Shown here piece by piece: positions 57,511 to 64,000 of a stretch of 64,000 bases of DNA. How positions within the stretch are numbered: position 1 is the stretch's first letter; every line of letters starts with the position of its first letter. A program made the translations under genes and the position numbers. The DNA lies in NCBI GenBank assembly GCA_965248575.1, contig CBDFJQ010000002.1, positions 160,001 through 224,000 on the forward strand, read 5' to 3'. The notes under the pieces were generated by a model. That model saw only the letters and a list, made by a program, of their open reading frames with translations. It was not told where the DNA came from and made no database searches. This DNA is from Planctomycetota bacterium. GTDB lineage: Bacteria; Planctomycetota; B15-G4.

Positions 57511-58479
57511 TCAGCGCACATCAGAACCCATGTATTCGTCCAGCTGAACCAGTTGCTCCAGGACTTGCCTGGCCGTGCTCAGATCTCCGATTTCGAGCGA
57601 CAATCCGTGCTGCTCCTGGAGCGCTTCCTTGGCCGAGTGGAAGTCCTGTTGGCGCATGGAAGTCTCCGTAATGACGGAGAGCCCGTTCCAGACGGCGTCC
57701 AGGTCCCGGACCGAGCGGCCGATGCGAACGGCTTCGAGCATCGTGGAGCGGGCATCTGCTGAGCGCCCGTTGAGCGCCTGGATGTGACCGATGAGCTCCA
57801 GGCAGTGGCCCTGCCCCCAGAGGTCCTGGAGTTCCTGGGCCCGGCTGAGGCTCTGCCGGAGGGGGGTGAGAGCGGGGAGCGTTTCAGCGCGTGAGCCGGC
57901 GACGTCGAGCAGCGACTCGGCCTGCCTCAGGAGCGCGCGTTGCTCGGCATGCAGGGCCCGGTCCGTCTTGTTCAAGCTCAGCAGCGTGTCGGCGGCAAAT
58001 CCAAAGCGCGTGTCACCGAGGCTCGCATCGGCAAGCCGCGCGAACTCCCTCGCCTTGTCCTCCTGTACCTGGGCTGCGTCCCGTTCGGGGCTCGGCGTCT
58101 TCGGCAAGCCGGCGCTCTGCTTCAACCACTGCTCGCATTGGTCGGCGATGTACAGGCTGAGCCCCCATGCGTCTTCGCTCAGCGCGACGGAGAGTTCGGC
58201 CAGGTTGCCGCTGGCGTAGAGCTCGTCGAAGAGTTCCTCTCCTTCGAGGGGCGTGACCACTTCGTCGACCCCCGGCTTTCGCTCGGCCTCGCGCGGGTCA
58301 CCGGCATCGCGCGGGTCGCCCAGACCGCGTGGGTCCTCCGCGTCGCGAGGGTCCAGGCTCTCGGGCGGGGGGTCCTGCTTCGACACCAGGGGAGGCTGCC
58401 CAGCTTGTGTCGTCATGGGGCTTGCAGCAGACAACAGCGCAAGTAGCAGAAGAGTGGGAGGCCAGGCGAAGCGCGACAT
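57511..58479 (-). CDS. Hypothetical secreted helical (TPR-like) protein
   Basis: Signal peptide MSRFAWPPTLLLLALLSAA; short DPR repeats; TPR-like C-terminus; downstream of larE. Confidence 0.68.
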   Translation of the reverse strand: MSRFAWPPTLLLLALLSAASPMTTQAGQPPLVSKQDPPPESLDPRDAEDPRGLGDPRDAGDPREAERKPGVDEVVTPLEGEELFDELYASGNLAELSVALSEDAWGLSLYIADQCEQWLKQSAGLPKTPSPERDAAQVQEDKAREFARLADASLGDTRFGFAADTLLSLNKTDRALHAEQRALLRQAESLLDVAGSRAETLPALTPLRQSLSRAQELQDLWGQGHCLELIGHIQALNGRSADARSTMLEAVRIGRSVRDLDAVWNGLSVITETSMRQQDFHSAKEALQEQHGLSLEIGDLSTARQVLEQLVQLDEYMGSDVR

Positions 58480-58484
58480 CGTGT

Positions 58485-59309
58485 CTACTCCAGGTCGTCG
58501 TTCAGTCTGCCCATGCGATAGCCATCGGGTTCCACGGAGCTTCGCTTGAACCCAGCTTCCTTCAGGACTTCCAGAAAGGCCTCTTCGCCAATGAGCATGG
58601 AGAGATGATCCACCCGCTGAGGCTCCACTTCCAGTCGTACTTCTTCGCCGTGATGGCGGGCTCGAACCTGCCTGAAACCCGCTCCCCGAAGGTGGGATTC
58701 CACCAGGTCCACGGCGGCCAGGCGTCTCGGGGAGACGGCTGTGCCATACGGCAGGCGCGAGGCCAGGCAGGCCAGGGCGGGCTTGTCGTGGTTGGGGAGG
58801 CCCAGGTGCGCGGCCAGGCGGCGCACGTCCTTCTTGCCGAGGCCACACTCCAGCAACGGTGAGCGCACCTGTGCCTGGGCCGCGGCGTCCAGGCCGGGAC
58901 GCCAGTCGCCAGGGTCGTCGGCATTGGTGCCGTTGAAGATGGTGGGGATGCCCCGCTCGTCCGCAACGCGTCGTGCCACGGCGTAGAGCTCTCGCTTGCA
59001 GAAGAAGCAGCGATTTGGCGGGTTGGACACGTAGTCCTGCTCCTCCATCTCGTGCGTGTCGACAAAGAGGACGGGCAGCCCGAGTTCCGTGCACAGCGCG
59101 CGACCATCGTCCACTTCTGCAGGCGCGACACTGGGGGAAACTCCCATGACTCCCAGGCTACGCTCACCCAAGACGTCGAAGGCGACCTTGAGCACGAGCG
59201 TGCTGTCCACCCCAGCGGAGAAGGCGACCAGCGCCGACTCGTGTTGCGCGACATTCTGGCGCAGTCGTTGCAGCATCGACGGCAGGGTGTCCGGCGCGAA
59301 GAGCTTCAC
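58485..59309 (-). CDS. larE: ATP-dependent sulfur transferase LarE (NPN cofactor)
   Basis: PP-loop AFSAGVDS, NPPNRCFFCK, GTNADD..DWRPG, KPALACLASRLPYG, QVRARHH. Confidence 0.95.
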   Translation of the reverse strand: MKLFAPDTLPSMLQRLRQNVAQHESALVAFSAGVDSTLVLKVAFDVLGERSLGVMGVSPSVAPAEVDDGRALCTELGLPVLFVDTHEMEEQDYVSNPPNRCFFCKRELYAVARRVADERGIPTIFNGTNADDPGDWRPGLDAAAQAQVRSPLLECGLGKKDVRRLAAHLGLPNHDKPALACLASRLPYGTAVSPRRLAAVDLVESHLRGAGFRQVRARHHGEEVRLEVEPQRVDHLSMLIGEEAFLEVLKEAGFKRSSVEPDGYRMGRLNDDLE

Positions 59310-60544
59310 AGGCCGGCCTCCATGGACGAGGTCGATGCGTGTGGGGCGAGCTTCTCTGCTTCCGCAACCGCCGCGGCCAGCACCGCCTTCACGGGCACGT
59401 CGTGTTCACGTGCCCGGGCGAGGCAGTCGTCGTACTCAGGTGAGATGTTGACTGTCTCCTCTCCCAGCAGGCCGCACTTCAGTCGCACTGATCCGAAGCG
59501 AGTCTGAACCGTCGTGTGCCGGCGATCCAGCTCCGTGCGGCGCACTTCGTGGCTGCGAACACCCAGCGTCGTCGTTTCGCGCAGGATGATCTCGGTCAGC
59601 AGGCTTTCCAGCGCCGGGCGGCAGACGACCTGGAGCTGTGTGCCGGGCCGCTGCTTCTTCATCTGCAAGCTGAGCAGTGCGACGTCCAGGGCTCCGGCTG
59701 CAAAGAGCCGCGTGGAGACCTCGCCGTAGAGCCGCGGGTCCATGTCGTCGATGGACGCCTCGAGCACGACGGCCGTGGAGCAAGCGGCCTGCTGCTCAGG
59801 ACCCGTGGCGGCTTCCTTCTCTCCCACCAGCACCCGCAGGACGTTGGGGCGATCCTCGAGTTCGGCGCTGCCCATGCCCACCCCGGTGCCGGTCAGCCGC
59901 ATGTCGGGCATGGGGCCATGGGGGGAGCCGGATGGCCCACAGAGGGAAGCCAGGATGGCTGCCCCGGTCGGGGTGACGGTCTCCAGCGTTCCCGGGATGC
60001 TCGTCAGGGTGAACCCCCCCAGCAGGCGTGCCGTCGCCGGTGCAGGCAGGGGGAGCACGCCGTGAGCCATGCGAGTGCTTCCACTGCAAACGGGAATCCG
60101 GCTGCAGCTTGCGCTCGTGATACCCAGCATGTCGAGCGCGATCGAGCTGGCGACGATGTCGACAATGGAGTCCATGGCACCCACCTCGTGGAAGTGGATC
60201 TGCTCGGGCTCGCAGCCATGGGTGATTGCTTCGGCATGAGCCAGGCGCTCAAAGATATCGAGGGCCCGGCTGAGAGCACCTTCGGGAAGCCGGGCCTGCT
60301 TCAACAGGCTGCGGATGTCCCGCCAATGCCTCGCCGGAGGATCCACCTCATGCGCGACGTGGAAGCGCGTGCCAGCCAGCCCGCCGCGCCGCTCTCGTTC
60401 GACCCGCATGTCCGTCAGCGGCAGGCCGGACACAGCCAAGGTCTTGGCAAGCTGCTCCCATGAGGCGCCTGCGTCCACCAAGGCGGCCACAGTCATGTCG
60501 CCAGCCATGCCGCCCACGAGGTCGAGATGAAGGTGTTGGGTCAC
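59306..60544 (-). CDS. larC: Nickel insertase LarC
   Basis: GMAGDM..AL.DAG, AEA..HG..IHFHEVGAMDSIVDI, PAPAT, TPTGAA, IDDM, ETTTLGVR, PEYDDC. Confidence 0.95.
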   Translation of the reverse strand: MTQHLHLDLVGGMAGDMTVAALVDAGASWEQLAKTLAVSGLPLTDMRVERERRGGLAGTRFHVAHEVDPPARHWRDIRSLLKQARLPEGALSRALDIFERLAHAEAITHGCEPEQIHFHEVGAMDSIVDIVASSIALDMLGITSASCSRIPVCSGSTRMAHGVLPLPAPATARLLGGFTLTSIPGTLETVTPTGAAILASLCGPSGSPHGPMPDMRLTGTGVGMGSAELEDRPNVLRVLVGEKEAATGPEQQAACSTAVVLEASIDDMDPRLYGEVSTRLFAAGALDVALLSLQMKKQRPGTQLQVVCRPALESLLTEIILRETTTLGVRSHEVRRTELDRRHTTVQTRFGSVRLKCGLLGEETVNISPEYDDCLARAREHDVPVKAVLAAAVAEAEKLAPHASTSSMEAGL

Positions 60545-61335
60545 GAACCGGATCCGTTTTGGGTCGGGTCGCTCACGACAGGGTGGTTGATCAGGGAGGC
60601 TGCTGCCGCCGCCCCGAAGCCGTTGTCGATGTTCACCACCGTGACGCCCGCGGCGCAGCTGTTGAGCATGGCCAGCAAGGGTGTCAAGCCCCCGAGGTGG
60701 GCGCCGTAGCCGACGCTCGTCGGCACGGCCACCACGGGACAGGCCACGAGACCGGCGAGGACGCTAGGCAGCGCTCCCTCCATTCCGGCCACGGCAATCA
60801 CGACCCTCGCTTGTCTCAGGAGATCGACCTTCGCCAGCAGGCGGTGCAGCCCAGCGACGCCCACATCCGTGAGGCGCGTGACCCGGTTGCCAAAGGCCTC
60901 GGCTGTAATGGCGGCCTCTTCGCTCACGGGCAGGTCCGACGTCCCGGCCGAGGCCACCACGATCAGCCCCTCGCCCGTGACGGGGATGGGGCCGTCATGC
61001 CACAGCCAGGTGCGTGAGAGGGCGTCGTAGGAGCCCGGTGTCGTCGTGGCTGTGTCGAGTCCTGGGGCGCACTGCTGATAGGCGTCTGGCGAGAAGCGTG
61101 TCACGAGCACGGCCTGCCCGCGATTCATCAGGCTCGCGGCGATGGCCACGATCTGCTCCGGCTGCTTGCCCTGCCCGAAGATGACCTCCGGCATGCCGTT
61201 GCGAAGCGGTCGGTGGTGGTCCACGTTCGCGAAGCCCAGGTCCTGGGTGGGCAGGTCCCGGAGGGAGTGGAGCGCGTCCTCCGGGGAGATCTTCCCAGAG
61301 GCCAGCTCTTCGACGATGCGGTGGATGGAGGTCAT
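60541..61335 (-). CDS. larB: NaAD carboxylase/hydrolase LarB
   Basis: DHHR..RNGMPEVIFGQGK, AGTSDLPVSEEA, DVGVAGLHRLL, AGMEGALPSV, PTSVGYG, NIDNGFGAA. Confidence 0.96.
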   Translation of the reverse strand: MTSIHRIVEELASGKISPEDALHSLRDLPTQDLGFANVDHHRPLRNGMPEVIFGQGKQPEQIVAIAASLMNRGQAVLVTRFSPDAYQQCAPGLDTATTTPGSYDALSRTWLWHDGPIPVTGEGLIVVASAGTSDLPVSEEAAITAEAFGNRVTRLTDVGVAGLHRLLAKVDLLRQARVVIAVAGMEGALPSVLAGLVACPVVAVPTSVGYGAHLGGLTPLLAMLNSCAAGVTVVNIDNGFGAAAAASLINHPVVSDPTQNGSGS

Positions 61336-61410
61336 GGTGCGCTAAAGGGTGCGCTTACTGGGTGCGCTGCTGGGCTCTGCAGGGCTCGGCAGTGTACCCA
61401 GCTCGCGACC

Positions 61411-62947
61411 TCAGGCCGGGTCGAAGCGGATGCCCTGTGCCAGCGGCAACTCGTCCGTGTAGTTGATGGTGCAGGTCTGGCGCCGCATGTAGGCCTTCCA
61501 GGAATCCGAGCCAGCCTCACGTCCGCCGCCGGTGTCCTTCTCGCCGCCGAAGGCTCCTCCGATTTCGGCCCCGCTTGTGCCGATGTTCACGTTGGCGATG
61601 CCGCAGTCGCTTCCAGCACAGCTGAGGAAGCGCTCCGCAGATTGGACGCGGGTGGTGAAGACGGCGCTCGAGAGCCCCTGGGGGACGTCATTCTGCAGCG
61701 CGATGGCCTCGTCGAGGTCTTCGACCGTGACCAGGTAGACCAGCGGGGCGAAAGTCTCTTCCTTGAGCAGCGGAAAGTCCTTCGTGCCCGAGCGATGGTG
61801 GGCTGCACGAAGTGGCCTCCCTCGAGGCCGGCGACGGTGGCGCGCTCGCCGCCCATGCAGGATCTCTCCGCCCGGCCTTGACGGCCTCGACAGCGGACAG
61901 CATGGCCTCAACCGAACCCTCGTGGACCACCGGGCCCATCAAGGTGTCCGCGGCGAGAGGGTCGCCGATGTTCACTTGGCCGTAGGCCTTGCAGAGGCGG
62001 GTCGTGAACTCCTGCGCGATGTCCTTGTGCAGCAGGACGCGGCGGGTGGAGGTGCAGCGCTGGCCGGCCGTGCCCACGGCGCCGAAGAGCACCGCGCTGA
62101 GTGCCAGGTCCAGGTTGGCGTCGTCCATGACGAGCAAGGCGTTGTTGCCGCCCAGCTCGAGCAACGAGCGGCCCAGTCGTCCGCCGACCACTTCGCCCAC
62201 GCGCTTGCCCATGCGCACCGAACCGGTGGCCGAGATGAGAGGCAGCCGTCGGTCGGCGATCATGGTCTCGCCCACCGGCTGCGCCGTGCCGCAACAGAGG
62301 TTGAAGACGCCGCCGAAGCCGTCGGGCTCCATGACCTCATTGACGATGTTCTGCACCGCAAGGGCGCAGACGGGCGAGAGTTCGGAGGGCTTCCAGATCG
62401 AGGTGTCGCCGCATACAGCAGCGATGAACGCGTTCCAGGCCCAGACCGCCACGGGGAAGTTGAAGGCGCTGATGATTCCGATGGGGCCGATGGGGTGCCA
62501 CTGCTCGTACATGCGATGGCCGGGGCGTTCGGAGTGCATGCTCAGGCCGTAGAGCTGGCGCGAGAGACCCACCGCGAAGTCAGCGATGTCGATCATCTCC
62601 TGAACCTCACCCTCGCCTTCGGCGTGGATCTTGCCCATCTCCATGCTGACGAGGGCTCCCAGCTCGGTCTTTTTTGCGCGCAGCGCGTCGCCGCAGCGCC
62701 GGATGTACTCGCCCCGCTGGGGGGCGGGCAGGCTGCGCCAGCGGAGGAAGGCCTCCTGCGCGGAGGCCACACAGGCCTCATAGTCCTCGGCACCGCCGTT
62801 GATCACCTGGGCGAGCTCCTTGCCGGTGGCAGGGTTGCTCGTGGAGAGGGTTTCGCCACCCGGGGCTGCCACCCATCCGCCTGCGTAGACGCCCGAGAGG
62901 GGCTGGGCGGTGCTGGGAATGCCGAGGCTCTGAAGGACGTCCTGCAT
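61411..62947 (-). pseudogene. ALDH7/piperideine-6-carboxylate dehydrogenase-like aldehyde dehydrogenase, interrupted by about 3 frameshifts (pseudogene or sequencing error)
   Basis: GEVQEMIDIADFAVGLSRQLYG, AFNFPVAVWAWN, LELGGNN, GQRCT in one frame; ETFAP and [18 protein letters not shown] in another; breaks at about 61785-61875. Confidence 0.8.
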
Positions 62948-63202
62948 GGTGCCGGGATCTCGAAACGGGGGGATGGCTAGCTGGTGAGCAAGGGGCGAAC
63001 TTTCGGCCCTTGCCAAGCCCCGCAGCATACCAATCGGGCTGCCCAGGGGCCCTGGGGGCCGAGGGCCTGGGCGAGCGGGAAGCCTGGACCCGAGGGCGGG
63101 GGCCGCGAGGGGGCTTCCGGGGCCCGTTCCAGCTTCACGAATCTGACATACGGGGGCCCCGGCACCTTCACAGGAGGCCGGATACCGTGATGCGCGTCTT
63201 GT

Positions 63203-63416
63203 GGACGAACTGCACTCCGGACGTGACTTCGGGGTTCGTTTGAGAACCATCCATCGCGTGCTTGAGCCCCCTTCACTGCATCTGGACCTCTGGCTCGCCG
63301 CGGTCGGTTCTCTTGGAGCGCAGGTCTCGTTCAACCCAACAGGACTGAGAGGATGCCTCCGGTGGTACTTCGGGGTCCACCGGAGGTCATCCCTCTTGTT
63401 TGAGGGCTTCCCTCAA
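63203..63416 (+). ncRNA. Candidate structured RNA or attenuator ending in a terminator-like hairpin
   Basis: Nested stems GGACGAAC/GTTCGTTT, GAGAACC/GGTTCTC, GGATG-CCTCCGGTGG/CCACCGGAGG-CATCC with a cUUCGg loop followed by CTCTTGTTT. Confidence 0.38.
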
Positions 63417-63442
63417 GCGCCCGACCCGGCGACACTGCACTC

Positions 63443-64000
63443 ATGACATCCATCCGTAGCATTCTCGTAGTCGAAGACGACGCCGACATCGCCAACCTGG
63501 TTCGCATGAACCTCGAGAAGGAGGGCTATGAGGTCACTCGCGCCGCCGATGGGCGCGAGGGCATCCAGCTCTTCGACCAAGGGGCATACGACCTGGTCAT
63601 GCTGGACTTGATGCTCCCGCACATCGACGGCATGGAGGTGTGTCGGCACATCCGCAACTCCGACCGGTACGTGCCGGTGATGATGTTGACGGCCAAGTCC
63701 GAGGACGCCAACAAGGTGGCCGGACTCGAGATCGGCGCCGATGACTACATCACCAAGCCCTTCGCCATCGCAGAAGTGCTCGCGCGCGTGAAGGCGCTGG
63801 GTCGCCGGGTGGAGATGCTCACGCAACTCTCCCAGGTGTCGGGCGAGAAGGTCCTGGAGTTTGGCGACCTCCGGCTGGAGATCGACAAGCGCATCGTCTT
63901 GCGTGATGGCGAGGATCTCAAGCTGACCCAGAAGGAGTTCGAGATCCTGCGCATCCTTGCTCTCACACCAGGGCGCCCCTACTCGCGCCGGACGCTGTGC
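63443..64000 (+). CDS. OmpR/PhoB-family response regulator (3'-truncated by window edge; absent from the ORF track)
   Basis: MTSIRSILVVEDD, LVMLDLMLP.IDG, MLTAK, GADDYITKPF, winged-helix LTQKEFEIL. Confidence 0.93.
   Translation, partial: MTSIRSILVVEDDADIANLVRMNLEKEGYEVTRAADGREGIQLFDQGAYDLVMLDLMLPHIDGMEVCRHIRNSDRYVPVMMLTAKSEDANKVAGLEIGADDYITKPFAIAEVLARVKALGRRVEMLTQLSQVSGEKVLEFGDLRLEIDKRIVLRDGEDLKLTQKEFEILRILALTPGRPYSRRTLC

Noticed and set aside
58290..58360. Short tandem repeat encoding DPRxx(E/G) units
   Set aside because: A low-complexity linker in a CDS; no spacers, so not CRISPR-like
63030..63125. GC-rich inverted repeats upstream of the ALDH gene
   Set aside because: Extremely GC-rich, so chance pairing is likely; no strand bias or characteristic loops
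63201..63446. 81-aa ORF overlapping the response-regulator start (ATGA)
   Set aside because: Atypical codon usage, no motif, and it coincides with the strongly structured region; not fully excluded as a leader peptide
1..64000. Search for CRISPR arrays, tRNA/rRNA, transposases, integrases and Sec machinery genes
   Set aside because: None recognisable by eye in this window

Overview
GC-rich (roughly two-thirds G+C by eye) bacterial chromosome segment, most likely from a Planctomycetota genome or MAG. This is an inference from the ECF sigma/Ser-Thr kinase pair, the sulfatase-like lipoprotein, the carboxypeptidase-regulatory-like proteins and the ArsC-type selenoprotein. The content is mostly housekeeping: lipA, a 2-oxoacid dehydrogenase operon (two E1-alpha genes, one E1-beta, E2, E3), lipB, mazG, peptidases, clpS, a clpP-like gene, miaE, a glycosyltransferase/DUF547 cluster, PPi-PFK, plsY-gpsA, an Rrf2-iscSUA-hscBA operon, larBCE, a frameshifted aldehyde dehydrogenase and a truncated OmpR-family regulator. 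I found no rRNA, tRNA, CRISPR array or mobile element. Highlights: (1) two genes that the ORF track splits or truncates at an in-frame UGA in a redox motif, each followed by a SECIS-like hairpin (AhpD-like CxxU, ArsC-like UxxC), i.e. probable selenoproteins; (2) a ~270-nt run of hairpins with plus-strand G-U bias directly upstream of an uncharacterised 419-aa HTH-like protein, a candidate ncRNA-protein or leader-regulator system; (3) a SIR2-NTPase-TPR protein with a degenerate NADase motif and an RGG tail; (4) a second structured element upstream of the response regulator; (5) an Fe-S-type LarE close to the isc operon with no larA in view. All calls were made by eye, without database searches.
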